The position numbers and the translations under genes are program-made. Below are positions 51,448 through 61,364 of a DNA stretch of 64,000 bases, in pieces. Every line of letters starts with the position of its first letter. Within the stretch, counting starts at the first letter, position 1. Source of the DNA: an uncultured Acidobacteriaceae bacterium (GTDB lineage: Bacteria > Acidobacteriota > Terriglobia > Bryobacterales > Bryobacteraceae). The notes beneath the pieces were generated by a model that saw only the letters and a list, made by a program, of their open reading frames with translations, was not told the DNA's origin and made no database searches. The stretch is taken from assembly GCA_963846185.1 (NCBI GenBank), contig CAWJVA010000013.1:16905-80904 (forward strand), written 5' to 3'.

Positions 51448-52035
51448 TCAAAGCGCCGGCAGTGTCTCGCCGGCCACTGATCGCAAACCGGGGCGCAGCG
51501 CCAGTCCCAGCATCGAAACCGCGCTGAACGCAAAGAATGAACCGAGCCAGTCCAAACTCTCCCCGGGCGACGCCGGTGCGAGCCGTATCCAGTGAAGCGC
51601 GAATCCCAAAAAGACTAGAGTGAAACCGAACGCCAGCGCACCTGCCACGCCCAGCAGCCATCCGGCTGCAACCTGCTCATTGCGCAATCGCCGCGCGCGT
51701 GCCAGTTCATACGCGCCAAGGCTAACCGCCATCACGAATATCAGCAGCGCAATCGTCCGGAACTGAAGCGGCCCTCTCCACAAGCTCAAGATCAGTCCAA
51801 GCCCGCTACAAGCCACGCCATGTACGGCCAGCAGCCAGGATTGTCCTTTCTCCGCCCAGATTCCGGCGGCTATACTGCAAACTCCAGCCGCGACCATGAT
51901 CCTTGCCAGTAACAGGATGTCCTGCATGGAGCGAAATCCACGTCCCGACTCTCCAAAGAACAGCCACGCGATCGTCCCATCCAGCACCCCGCAGAATGCC
52001 AGCAGCCACCAGTTCTTACTCAGCCGTTCGATCAT
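51448..52035 (-). CDS. integral membrane protein, HdeD/DUF308-like
   Basis: Intact 195-aa ORF with six hydrophobic segments. The N-terminal KNWWLLAFCGVLDGTIAWLFF resembles the DUF308 repeat. Confidence 0.55.
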   Translation of the reverse strand: MIERLSKNWWLLAFCGVLDGTIAWLFFGESGRGFRSMQDILLLARIMVAAGVCSIAAGIWAEKGQSWLLAVHGVACSGLGLILSLWRGPLQFRTIALLIFVMAVSLGAYELARARRLRNEQVAAGWLLGVAGALAFGFTLVFLGFALHWIRLAPASPGESLDWLGSFFAFSAVSMLGLALRPGLRSVAGETLPAL

Positions 52036-52199
52036 GTTTCACCTCCCAAACCGCGGCGCAGACGCACAGCGCACGGCGATCCACGTTCATCCTATCGCCA
52101 AATCGACGAGGCCGCTGTCACGGCGCGGCGAACCGATCCATAGAATCACCAAAAGCGGTTTCATATCCTGAGTTGTTCACCATCGCGAAGGGAGCTGGC

Positions 52200-54029
52200 A
52201 TGCGATACCTCTGTCTATTTCTTGCAACCGTCTCATTGCTTTCCGCTCAGGACGGACAATCTATCTACAACCAGCGTTGCGCCTCGTGCCACGACCACCC
52301 TGCGCCGCGCGTTCCGGCGCTCAGCACTATCAAAGCTATGAGCGGCGAGGCCATCTACCGCGCCCTCACCACCGGCCCCATGAAGACTCAATCCCAGGGC
52401 CTCTCGGCCGCCCAGATGTTTGCGCTGATTGGTTACATCGGTCCAACCGGGAACACGACTGCCGCTCCTGCTGGCGCTGCCCCGCTGTGCAAAACCGATA
52501 TCGCATTCAAACTCACCACAGGAACGCCGCAATGGAACGGCTGGAGCACCAGCCTCACCAACTCGCGTTTCCAGGATTTGGCCTCCGCCGGGCTCGCCCC
52601 CACTGACCTTCCCAAACTCAAGCTCAAATGGGCGTTCAATCTGGGCGATGTCACCCAGGCACGATCGCAGCCAGCCGTCGTCGATGGCCGCCTCTTCGTT
52701 GGCTCCATGACCGGAACGCTCTACGCCCTCGATGCTGATACCGGCTGTACGCGCTGGTCGTTTCATGCCGCGTCTCCAATTCGCGCCGGCGCCACTCTTG
52801 GCGAATCGAACAATACGCCCGCGGTCTTCTTCGGCGATACCAGCGCGAACATCTATGCGCTCAACGCGCAAAACGGCGAATTGATCTGGAAAACTCATCC
52901 CGTGGATCACTACGCTGCGATCGCAAGCTCAGCCCCGCGCTATTACAACGGCATCGTCTACCAATCCTTCTCCTCTTTTGAAGAGGTCTTGGGCGGCAAT
53001 CCGAAATTCGAGTGCTGCACGTTTCGCGGCAGCGTCGTCGCCCTCGACGCCCGCACCGGTGCGAAGCTCTGGCAGACCTTCACCATCCCCGAAGCCGCGA
53101 AGCCGACCATAAAGAACCAGGCCGGCACTCAGCAGTACGGTCCATCCGGAGCGGGCATCTGGTCCACCCCGACCATCGATGAGCAGCGCGGGGTTCTGTA
53201 CGTCGGCACCGGAGACAACTATTCGGACCCGCCCACCGCCACCAGTGACGCCATCCTCGCCATGGATCTTAAAACCGGCAAACTGCTCTGGTCCGCCCAG
53301 GTAACTGCAAATGACGCCTACAACAACGGCTGCGCCATCCCGGTGCCTGCCGACTGTCCGCAATCGCACGGCGCCGATTCGGACTTCGGTCAACCGCCCA
53401 TCCTGGTCAGCCTGGGTACCGGAAAGCGAGCGCTGGTCATCGCTCAGAAGTCCGGCATGGTGCATGCCCTCGATCCCGACGACAAAGGCAAAGTTCTCTG
53501 GCAGACGCGCGTGGGCGCAGGCGGCCCGTTAGGCGGCAGCCAATGGGGCTCCGCCTCCGATGGAGAAAAGATCTATGTAGCGGTCTCCGATATCGGCCTG
53601 AGTGGCGCGCCGGATCCCAAATCTCCGCAAGGCTTCCGGCTCGTGCTCGATCCGAAGAAGGGAGGCGGTCTGCATGCGCTCGATCTCAGAACCGGCAAAA
53701 TCGTCTGGACCGCGAAACCGGATGCCTGCGACCCATCGCGCACGGACTGCTCGCCTGCGCAATCCGCCGCCGTCACTGCCATACCCGGCGTGATCTTTTC
53801 CGGCTCTGTCGACGGTCACCTGCGCGCCTATTCAGCGACCGATGGCGGCGTCTTGTGGGATTTCGACACCGCCAAGACGTTCGACACGGTCAGCGGCCAA
53901 ACCGCGCACGGCGGCTCCATCGATGTTGCCGGCCCGGTCATCGTCAATGGCATGCTCTTCGTTAACTCCGGCTACGGACAGTGGGGCGGCATGCCGGGTA
54001 ACGTGCTTCTCGCTTTCTCAGCCAGGTGA
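52200..54029 (+). CDS. secreted protein with N-terminal c-type cytochrome domain fused to a PQQ-like beta-propeller
   Basis: ATG 52200 follows gggag. The signal peptide is MRYLCLFLATVSLLSA, then the heme-binding CASCH (YNQRCASCHD). Propeller blades follow (LYALDADTGCTRWSF, IYALNAQNGELIWK, VVALDARTGAKLWQ, ILAMDLKTGKLLWS, VHALDPDDKGKVLWQ, LHALDLRTGKIVWT, LRAYSATDGGVLWDF). The ORF track's 51903 start overlaps the opposite-strand membrane gene. Confidence 0.75.
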   Translation: MRYLCLFLATVSLLSAQDGQSIYNQRCASCHDHPAPRVPALSTIKAMSGEAIYRALTTGPMKTQSQGLSAAQMFALIGYIGPTGNTTAAPAGAAPLCKTDIAFKLTTGTPQWNGWSTSLTNSRFQDLASAGLAPTDLPKLKLKWAFNLGDVTQARSQPAVVDGRLFVGSMTGTLYALDADTGCTRWSFHAASPIRAGATLGESNNTPAVFFGDTSANIYALNAQNGELIWKTHPVDHYAAIASSAPRYYNGIVYQSFSSFEEVLGGNPKFECCTFRGSVVALDARTGAKLWQTFTIPEAAKPTIKNQAGTQQYGPSGAGIWSTPTIDEQRGVLYVGTGDNYSDPPTATSDAILAMDLKTGKLLWSAQVTANDAYNNGCAIPVPADCPQSHGADSDFGQPPILVSLGTGKRALVIAQKSGMVHALDPDDKGKVLWQTRVGAGGPLGGSQWGSASDGEKIYVAVSDIGLSGAPDPKSPQGFRLVLDPKKGGGLHALDLRTGKIVWTAKPDACDPSRTDCSPAQSAAVTAIPGVIFSGSVDGHLRAYSATDGGVLWDFDTAKTFDTVSGQTAHGGSIDVAGPVIVNGMLFVNSGYGQWGGMPGNVLLAFSAR

Positions 54030-54173
54030 GCGTCACATCTCGACAAAATTTTTCTAGTTGTGTATTTGCGCCCATTTCGCGCACATTCTATAGCTCAGCG
54101 TTCCAACTCTCTCCCGCGGCATGCTACGCTTCAGCCGGGCGGAGCAGACAGCGCCCGTTCGAAGAACCAAACC

Positions 54174-54932
54174 ATGTCATCCCGTCAAGCCCGAACAGAG
54201 CGTCGCGCCGCCGAGCGCAAAGCCCGCAAATTGCAAATGAAACAGGATGCCTCCAGCGCGAAGGCAGAATGCGATTCAACCTCACCGCAGCCCGAACCGA
54301 GCCGCGAGCACGCGGTTTCCCAAGTTGGCTTCGTTTCGCAGCCAAAGCCAAATCGCGCTGAAATCAATCGCGCCAACGCTCAATTCTCCACTGGTCCACG
54401 CTCAGACGAGGGGAAACTGGCTTCGTCTCGTAATTCGCTCCGTCACGGGCTCGCATCCGGAACGTTGATCATAGCGGGCGAAGATCCGGCGGAATTTGAA
54501 GCACTCAAAACCGCCCTGTTCGAAGAGCACCAGCCTCCTACCGAAACGGAGGTCCTCCTGGTCACCGAAATGGCGCAATCGTGGTGGCTTGCCCAGCGCG
54601 CTATTCGCCTCCAGAACGAGTGTTTCAGCGCCGATGCAGCGGATCTGGCAAAGCACCTTTCACTTTTTCTTCGTTACCAAACAACTCACGAACGAGCCTT
54701 CCACAAAGCGCTGGCCGCCCTCCTCAAGCTGAAACAGAACCGCGTGCCTGAGCAAGCGGTTTCCCCGATTGGCTTCGTTTCGCAAAATGGCGCCGCTTTG
54801 CTCGACGAATATAAGTTCGTTTCGCAATCCGCCCCCGAACCGAGCCGCGCGCCTGAGCAAGCGCTTTCCCAAATTAGGTTCGTTTCGCAAAACCCACCGA
54901 TCGACCCCCAAACACTGCTACGAGCGGCTTGA
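54174..54932 (+). CDS. hypothetical protein with basic N-terminus and reiterated ..VSxxGFVSQ.. motifs
   Basis: ATG 54174 opens MSSRQARTERRAAERKARKLQ... The core reads NRANAQFSTGPRSDEGKLASSRNSLRHGLASG..AQSWWLAQRAIRLQNE. Nucleotide repeats lie at 54306-54340, 54750-54784 and 54855-54889, with a partial copy at 54815-54826. I recognise no family. Confidence 0.55.
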   Translation: MSSRQARTERRAAERKARKLQMKQDASSAKAECDSTSPQPEPSREHAVSQVGFVSQPKPNRAEINRANAQFSTGPRSDEGKLASSRNSLRHGLASGTLIIAGEDPAEFEALKTALFEEHQPPTETEVLLVTEMAQSWWLAQRAIRLQNECFSADAADLAKHLSLFLRYQTTHERAFHKALAALLKLKQNRVPEQAVSPIGFVSQNGAALLDEYKFVSQSAPEPSRAPEQALSQIRFVSQNPPIDPQTLLRAA

Positions 54933-55088
54933 AACTGTAGCTTCCAATACCATCTGATTTAAAGTGAAGCGAATGAGCGGGAGATTTTCGCCGCAGATCA
55001 GCTGCCGTGTCGATTTCCCGAAGCTGTATTCGACGTTAGGGTAGAGCCGCTTGTAACGGCTTGGAGCAAGAAAACGGAGATCGATCAA

Positions 55089-56015
55089 ATGCGATTCATG
55101 GTCCTGGTCAAAGGTAATGACATTTCGGAGTCGGGCGCTCTTCCGAGCGAAAAGATTCTCGCTGAAATGGGCAAGTACAATGAGGAACTGGCGAAAGCGG
55201 GGGTCCTTCTGTCAGCGGAGGGGCTGCACCCAAGCTTCAAGGGTGCGCGCGTCAAGTTTTCCGGGAATAAGCGGTTCGTGGTGGACGGGCCATTCACGGA
55301 GAGCAAGGAGTTGATAGCCGGCTTTTGGATCTTTGAGACAAAATCTTTGCAAGAAGCAATCGATTGGGTCAAGCGCGCGCCGTGCCCATTCGAAGGCGAA
55401 TCGGAGGTCGAGATTCGCCAGATATTCGAGGCCGCGGATTTCGGCGCAAATCTCACGCCGGAACTCAGCGCTCAGGAGGAGCGCATCCGCAAACAACTGG
55501 ATGCTTCCAGCGAGCGGAGCGCATCGAAGAACGGTTCAGATGCATATTCGTCTGACAAAGGAGAAAAGGTGTCAAAACAGGAAGAAGCTCATTTAATTCT
55601 CAAGTTGTATGAACTGAGACGCGAAGAGACGATGCGGAAAGCGCGCGACTGGTATTTCCGCGATTTCAATCCCAAGTCGATCGCCGACTTTACGGGAGCG
55701 ATGTTCAGCGAGCAGAGCGGCTATCTCCGCATGGTCGTGAGTTATTGGGACATGGCGACGGCGCTGGTACACAGCGGAGCCATCAGCCTGGAACTGTTCA
55801 ACGAAACAAACGGGGAACATTGGCCCGTATTCGCCAAGCTCGAGCCGTTGCTCGGCGAGGTCCGGCAATTCGCACCGCAGTTCGCTGTGAACATGGAAAA
55901 GCTGGTAGATGCGACTCCCGACGGGCGCAAGCGCGTCCAGGAAGTCCGCCAACGCATGAGCGAGATCCGGCAGCAGATGGAATCCAGGCGCGAAGCAGCC
56001 GCCGCACGAAACTGA
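55089..56015 (+). CDS. YCII-related (DGPF-type) domain fused to an unassigned ~150-aa C-terminal domain
   Basis: Intact 308-aa ORF. Residues 1-120 read MRFMVLVKGN..GKYNEELAKAGVLLSAEGL..FVVDGPFTESKELIAGFWIFE..EVEIRQIFEAADFG, a YCII fold signature. An in-frame aaaggag-N5-GTG at 55557-55571 precedes the C-terminal domain. Confidence 0.7.
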   Translation: MRFMVLVKGNDISESGALPSEKILAEMGKYNEELAKAGVLLSAEGLHPSFKGARVKFSGNKRFVVDGPFTESKELIAGFWIFETKSLQEAIDWVKRAPCPFEGESEVEIRQIFEAADFGANLTPELSAQEERIRKQLDASSERSASKNGSDAYSSDKGEKVSKQEEAHLILKLYELRREETMRKARDWYFRDFNPKSIADFTGAMFSEQSGYLRMVVSYWDMATALVHSGAISLELFNETNGEHWPVFAKLEPLLGEVRQFAPQFAVNMEKLVDATPDGRKRVQEVRQRMSEIRQQMESRREAAAARN

Positions 56016-56031
56016 GCCGCAATAGGCCGGT

Positions 56032-58743
56032 TCATCTCGCGACGAGATGAACCGGACCCAGAATGCCGGAAGGGAGCGGTTTCAGATCTCGCATGTCCTG
56101 CGGCACGAACCGCTCACCGTAGCGTAGGTTCAGTAGCCGGTAATCCGGCAGCGAGCTGCCGGCCATCTCATTGATTGCGAGATTCCCGACGACGATGGAA
56201 AGGGCATTCGCCCCCGGGTGAATGTATCTTGTCACGTTCACTTCATAGGGCGGATGCCACACCGCCCCTGCGTCGTGGCCATTCACGCTGACCAACCCGC
56301 ATTCGCGGACCGGGCTGTCGAGCAGCGCATGCATTCCGTTCGGTTCGCTCGACGGCGGCTCCGTAGCTGTTCCAGGCCCGAAGTCCAGAACGATTTCGGA
56401 CCGGTTGTCGACGAAAGCCGCCGGTACATTCACCTCTTTGCGATAGATTGCCTGGCCGGAATAAAAGCGCGTCTCCTCGTCGGATGTCCACGACCGAAGA
56501 TGATCCATCTCGATCGCGCGCGAGAGTTGTGGGAAGGTTACGCTCCAGCCGGAGCTTAGATCGATCGAGTCACTTTTTGTCGTATGCTGCGGCGCGACAC
56601 CTGTCTTATCTGATTTCGAGAAAACAAAGATCCGCGATTCATATGGCGCCAATTTGACAGCGATTCGTGTTCGATCGCCGGCCCGCTCAAACCCATATGA
56701 AGTCACTTGAGCGGTGAAAGGATCCCAGCATTCCGGCTCCACGGCTTTCAAGCGAACCAACGCATCCCCTTGCACCGCTCGATTTGACATATTCGCGACA
56801 AAGTAGATATCGCTGCTCGCCAGTTTGCGATGCATGAAACCGATCGATGGGGAGCCATCTAGCGAGAAATCCGGCGGAACCAAGGTTCGTAATGCGTTTG
56901 AAAGATCGCGCTCCTCCGGCACGAAACGGACATTCGGCAGATTGCCTTCGAACAGCTCATGAGACAGCGCCGCGATACGTGCATCGTCCTTCTCATCGAC
57001 AAGGCCGGGTCCGAGCGACGGCAAGGTGCGCGTCGCGATTACGTTGCCGCCACCGCGTGCGTACTCTCGAATCTTCTCGAGAGTGGCTAGCGGAATTCGC
57101 TCCACAGCAGGCACGATGAGAGCTCTGTAGTGGATCCCAACTTTATCCATCGCCCGGTCATCAATGAAGTCGAAGTTATAGCCGGCGTTCAATATCTGAG
57201 GAACGAGCAGTGGACCGAGTAACTCATCGGCAGTGGTGTCAACCGCCACCTTGCCGGGTTGAGCGCGCGCCCATGCATCGTCGGTTGGAAGATAGATGGC
57301 TATATCGTTTGCCGGTTCGCCCTGCCGCATTAGGAAGCTGACGCGTTGCAGATAGCGTGCCAGGTCCGGCATTACCTGAAACCAGGGATTGTGATCGTTT
57401 AATGCGGCAGCCGCATAGAATCGCCAGCCCGGCTCGCCTGCGGACGGCGGCGAATAGGGCCAGCCATGTCCTATCAGTTGGTTGATGCCCTCGACGAAGT
57501 GGCGGTCCGCCTCCGCCTTGAGATCGAGCGGCGTGGCGCGAAACGCGGGCGAATGCAGCCATGTCCAGGTCTCTGTCGACGTCACCGGATTTCCATAAAG
57601 ATGTGAGGCGGACGAGGCCCAGCGAGCGGCACTGAAGCGCCGCCACGACGGACCATGCTCGCCTTCGGGAAGATCGACGAAAGCATTGCTTGAAAGAATC
57701 ACGGGGGGTTCGCCGTACGTCTGGGAACGGAACAGCGTGCCGTGCTGGTGGGCCCATTCGCGGACCGGCTGCAAATAATTCTCCTCGGCAAGTTCGGTGA
57801 GGGTCTTGGCCCAATCGTGGCGGATCGCAGGCGTCTCGTGGCCAACATCGCTGATCAGTGCCCGTAGATGCGGCGTCAGATCGTAACCGCGCCGTTTGCG
57901 GAACTCTTCGAGGAAATCGCCCGTCCAATCGGAGCCGTACACTTCCAGGCTGTCGCTGAAAACCGAGTAAGGAGGATTGGCGCCGAACGCGCTAAGAACA
58001 GGATCCGCCACCGCGTGCAGATGGTCGAGAATGGCGGAGCGGTCGTAGTGATCCAGCACGAACCCTTCTGCTCCCACCGCGGCGCGCTTCACTTGTTGGC
58101 CGGTACGGCTCGCGATGAAGAACAGAAGGACGTCGCTGCCACTGAGACCTTCAGGAATTTCGATTCTTCTGTCGCGAATAGTTTTGACCTGTTCACCGCC
58201 GAGAAATGCCGCGATCAGCTTCTCGCCATTCTCCATCGCAGGTACCGGGACGCTGCGTGTGCCTTCCGGAATAGCGACATGCTCTACCCGGAGGCGGCCC
58301 GCCGCGCGCGTGACCGTGGTATTCGGGCCGCCGTAGGGCCATCCGCTGCCGAGCGTGATATCTACACGAAGGCCGAGCTCGCGTGCGGTTCTCGAGGCAA
58401 ACTGAATAGCGTCGAGAAAACCCGGCGATAAATACGGCAGATTCTTGAAGCCGGTCTGCGGATCGTCCAGCTCCAGCGGGTAGACCGGCTGAATTTCAAC
58501 GCCGCCGATACCGGCGCCTTTCATCACCTGGAGCTCGCGCCGCAGTTCTGCGTGAGTGATGGCCGGGCCGAACCACCACCAGCGCATCAGGATTCGAGTG
58601 TTATCCGGAGGATGAACGAAGGCCTCTCGCAAGCGGGAAAGCTCGTTCTGTTGCTGCGGCGCCCCGGGCAAAATCAGCCCAAGCGTCACCGCCAGCAACG
58701 CGCCGCTTCCCAAATTGTGAACGGAGCCGCGTCCCGCGCCCAT
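56032..58743 (-). CDS. large secreted glycoside-hydrolase-like protein (family not resolved; GH106/GH2-sugar-binding-like)
   Basis: Intact 903-aa ORF with a signal peptide. ..TRILMRWWWFGPAITHAELRRELQVMKGAGIGGVEIQPVYP..GSGWPYGGP is typical of a recurrent acidobacterial 'glycosyl hydrolase' family. Its start abuts the stop of the TetR gene upstream. Confidence 0.5.
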   Translation of the reverse strand: MGAGRGSVHNLGSGALLAVTLGLILPGAPQQQNELSRLREAFVHPPDNTRILMRWWWFGPAITHAELRRELQVMKGAGIGGVEIQPVYPLELDDPQTGFKNLPYLSPGFLDAIQFASRTARELGLRVDITLGSGWPYGGPNTTVTRAAGRLRVEHVAIPEGTRSVPVPAMENGEKLIAAFLGGEQVKTIRDRRIEIPEGLSGSDVLLFFIASRTGQQVKRAAVGAEGFVLDHYDRSAILDHLHAVADPVLSAFGANPPYSVFSDSLEVYGSDWTGDFLEEFRKRRGYDLTPHLRALISDVGHETPAIRHDWAKTLTELAEENYLQPVREWAHQHGTLFRSQTYGEPPVILSSNAFVDLPEGEHGPSWRRFSAARWASSASHLYGNPVTSTETWTWLHSPAFRATPLDLKAEADRHFVEGINQLIGHGWPYSPPSAGEPGWRFYAAAALNDHNPWFQVMPDLARYLQRVSFLMRQGEPANDIAIYLPTDDAWARAQPGKVAVDTTADELLGPLLVPQILNAGYNFDFIDDRAMDKVGIHYRALIVPAVERIPLATLEKIREYARGGGNVIATRTLPSLGPGLVDEKDDARIAALSHELFEGNLPNVRFVPEERDLSNALRTLVPPDFSLDGSPSIGFMHRKLASSDIYFVANMSNRAVQGDALVRLKAVEPECWDPFTAQVTSYGFERAGDRTRIAVKLAPYESRIFVFSKSDKTGVAPQHTTKSDSIDLSSGWSVTFPQLSRAIEMDHLRSWTSDEETRFYSGQAIYRKEVNVPAAFVDNRSEIVLDFGPGTATEPPSSEPNGMHALLDSPVRECGLVSVNGHDAGAVWHPPYEVNVTRYIHPGANALSIVVGNLAINEMAGSSLPDYRLLNLRYGERFVPQDMRDLKPLPSGILGPVHLVAR

Positions 58744-59361
58744 CTACGCTTCCGCGGATGAAGTGCCTTCCAGAAAAAGTTCCACGCCGCGAGCGACCCA
58801 GGTTCTGAGCTGCCGCTCGCTCAGTGTCTCGCCGAGCCCGAGCAGGTTCTTCAAGTGGAAGTTGCCCATCATCAGGCCAAGAAACTGTGTTGCGAGGATC
58901 TCCGAGTTTCCGCAGCGCAGGGAGCCGTTCTTCTGCCAATGATCGATGTGACGCCGGAGAGTCCGTATGATTGCCTCGGGTCCGCTCGCAAAGAAAGTTG
59001 CCGCCAGGTCCGGAAAGCGAGGAGCCTCGGCGATCATGGCTCGAAAAACCGAGCGGCCGGCTGGATCGGAAACCATGGAGACGAACTGTTTCCCGATCAA
59101 GGTCAGGCCCTCTGCCGGATCGAGCCCGGCGACATCCAAGGCAAGCAAGTTAGTAAGCTTATCGCGGCAAACCTTTTGGACCATTGCCGCAAAAAGTCCT
59201 TCTTTCCCGCCGTAATAGCTGTAAAGAGTGGTCTTGGAACCGCCTACACGCTCGAGAATGTCATCGAGGGTTACGGAATCATAGCCGCGTTCCAGGAACA
59301 ATTCCGTCGCGACATTGAGGATATCGAGCTGCTTCTTCTGCGCCCTAATGGTTGAGATCAA
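58744..59361 (-). CDS. TetR/AcrR-family transcriptional regulator
   Basis: Intact 205-aa ORF. The HTH reads ILNVATELFLERGYDSVTLDDILERVGGSKTTLYSYYGGKEGLF. Confidence 0.9.
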   Translation of the reverse strand: MISTIRAQKKQLDILNVATELFLERGYDSVTLDDILERVGGSKTTLYSYYGGKEGLFAAMVQKVCRDKLTNLLALDVAGLDPAEGLTLIGKQFVSMVSDPAGRSVFRAMIAEAPRFPDLAATFFASGPEAIIRTLRRHIDHWQKNGSLRCGNSEILATQFLGLMMGNFHLKNLLGLGETLSERQLRTWVARGVELFLEGTSSAEA

Positions 59362-59441
59362 TGGCTCGGCCCTGGCTACTCAATGAAAGCATATCTTTCT
59401 GACTTCACGCCGAGCTGTATTGAGGCGGGCCGGCGAGATCG

Positions 59442-60356
59442 TTACTGAGCGGACCCTGCACTGCCGCCCAAGGCGTTGCTTGCAGCGGCTTCGACTAGCG
59501 GCGCTGTATTGAACACTCTGTCTCCCAGACGTTCGAGCGTGTCTGCCATTGTCTGACGGGAAAAGCGCTGCACGAGCGGCGTGGCGATCCAGCGGATGGC
59601 AGCCGGAATGTCGCGGCTCAGAGTGAAACTCTCAACTTCGACGTACAGACCCGCATCCGCTTGCCGGTACCGAACAATTGTAAAGACCTTTTCCACATAT
59701 CCGTGCGCGGCGCGTTGCGTTAATGGCCGCTCTTGCGGCATTCCAGGATCCCCAAGCTCAGTCAGCCTGGTCGCTTCGGTGATGCTGTAGCCGACATCCG
59801 GCGTCAAGCGATAGTAAGAAGATTTGAAATCCGCCAGAAGCCCGGCCCTGATGCCGAATCCCTTTTGGACGAACTTTAAACGATACGTGAACTCATCCTG
59901 ATCGCGGCTGAGCAGCCTGGATTCGACTACGCCCGGTTTATAGATGGCGGCATAGCTGTCGTAGTCCTGAAGAACTGCCAAGAGTTCCGTAACGTGTGCC
60001 TTGGGTATGAAGACCGTTCCGACCCAGTGATGTATCAGGCCGGAAGGAACCGGCACGGCTCCGCCATGCGGTGCGTAAATAGAAAGGCCGCCCTGGAACT
60101 GCACGGAATCCAGATGGCCCGTTCGGCGCCGAACCGAGAGAAAATCGTCGGGCGTACCCGCTTGTTTCAGAACTTCTGCTCGCGCCTGCTGTTCGCATTC
60201 GTTCCAGGCACGGAGCGTTTCTGCCGTCATCGTCGCGGTGCGAGCTTGTGCGGCGAGCAAGAATCCAAGGCTGACGGCTGCCAGGAAACTCCAATGTCTT
60301 AGGGCTGCATTTGTCGATCGCATGAGACTGTCCGTGGCAGCTCGTTGCCGGGCCAC
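59442..60356 (-). CDS. secreted hypothetical protein (possible START/SRPBCC-like lipid-binding fold)
   Basis: Intact 304-aa ORF with a hydrophobic signal segment (WSFLAAVSLGFLLAAQA). I recognise no motif-level match. The fold guess is weak. Confidence 0.45.
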   Translation of the reverse strand: MARQRAATDSLMRSTNAALRHWSFLAAVSLGFLLAAQARTATMTAETLRAWNECEQQARAEVLKQAGTPDDFLSVRRRTGHLDSVQFQGGLSIYAPHGGAVPVPSGLIHHWVGTVFIPKAHVTELLAVLQDYDSYAAIYKPGVVESRLLSRDQDEFTYRLKFVQKGFGIRAGLLADFKSSYYRLTPDVGYSITEATRLTELGDPGMPQERPLTQRAAHGYVEKVFTIVRYRQADAGLYVEVESFTLSRDIPAAIRWIATPLVQRFSRQTMADTLERLGDRVFNTAPLVEAAASNALGGSAGSAQ

Positions 60357-60570
60357 CCAACCGTACTGACCAGTACTGTGATGAACACCGGGAATACAAA
60401 GATGCTGGTTCTCGCTCCAGAAAATTTCCGGGATCCACCGCTATCGCGAAGTGATACTGTACCGTACGGTTTCGAGCGCGGAGACGGATGAGAATTGACA
60501 AGTTTTTTACATGGCTGGACAGTCCCACGGTACTCCGGGAATGCCGTTTTCACATGTTATGGTGTAGCTA

Positions 60571-61356
60571 GTGTCATCGGCCCTGAACTTTCATCTCGAG
60601 CAATACGAGGGCCCGCTGGATTTGCTGCTTGACCTGATACGGAAGCAGCAAATCAACATCTACGACATACCGATCGCGCGAATCACATCGCAGTACCTCG
60701 AGTACATGCAGAAGGCCATGGAGCTCGATATCGAGTTGAGTTCCGAGTTCGTCTACATGGCCGCCACGCTGATCCACATTAAGAGCAAAATGCTCCTGCC
60801 GACCGATCCGGAGCTCGAGAAGATCTCCCCCGAAGAAGACCCGAGGCTTGAGCTGGTGGAGCGGCTGATCGAGCACGAGCGATTTAAGAATGCGGCTGAA
60901 ATGCTGCAGCAGAAGCGCGTTGTCGAGGACGCCATCTGGTCAAATCCGCAGATAGAACAGTTTCTTGCGCAAGATGAAGGTCCTGGACTGGCGGTCACCA
61001 TCTTCGACCTGGTCAAGACGTTTCAAGTTGTGCTCGATCGCGCGAAGAACCGGCCGATGTACGAGGTCGGCAAGGAAACCGTCAGCGTTCCGGAGATGAT
61101 GGTGTTTCTTCGCCAGCATCTCGCCCGGATCCGGCGGCAGGAATTCGTCTCCGCGATGCAACTGTTGGAACGGCAGCAGAGCCGCCGCAACATGATTTCT
61201 CTCTTCCTGGCGATACTGGAGTTAGTGAAGCGGCAGGCCATTGAGCTGATGCAAGGCGAGGCATTCGGCGACATCGGCCTACGGCGCGGTCCGGCCTTTG
61301 ACGAATCAAAGCAGGATGCTGAAGATCTGGCCACAGTAGAACAGGATTATCAATAG
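60571..61356 (+). CDS. scpA: segregation and condensation protein A
   Basis: Intact 261-aa ORF with a GTG start. It opens ..LEQYEGPLDLLLDLIRKQQINIYDIPIARITSQYLEYM. Confidence 0.9.
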   Translation: MSSALNFHLEQYEGPLDLLLDLIRKQQINIYDIPIARITSQYLEYMQKAMELDIELSSEFVYMAATLIHIKSKMLLPTDPELEKISPEEDPRLELVERLIEHERFKNAAEMLQQKRVVEDAIWSNPQIEQFLAQDEGPGLAVTIFDLVKTFQVVLDRAKNRPMYEVGKETVSVPEMMVFLRQHLARIRRQEFVSAMQLLERQQSRRNMISLFLAILELVKRQAIELMQGEAFGDIGLRRGPAFDESKQDAEDLATVEQDYQ

Positions 61357-61364
61357 CCGAATAA

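Noticed and set aside
51903-52199. N-terminal 99-codon extension of the cytochrome c/propeller ORF
   Set aside because: The extension overlaps the opposite-strand membrane gene and is Pro/Ser/Arg-rich. The ATG at 52200 has an RBS and yields a clean signal peptide.
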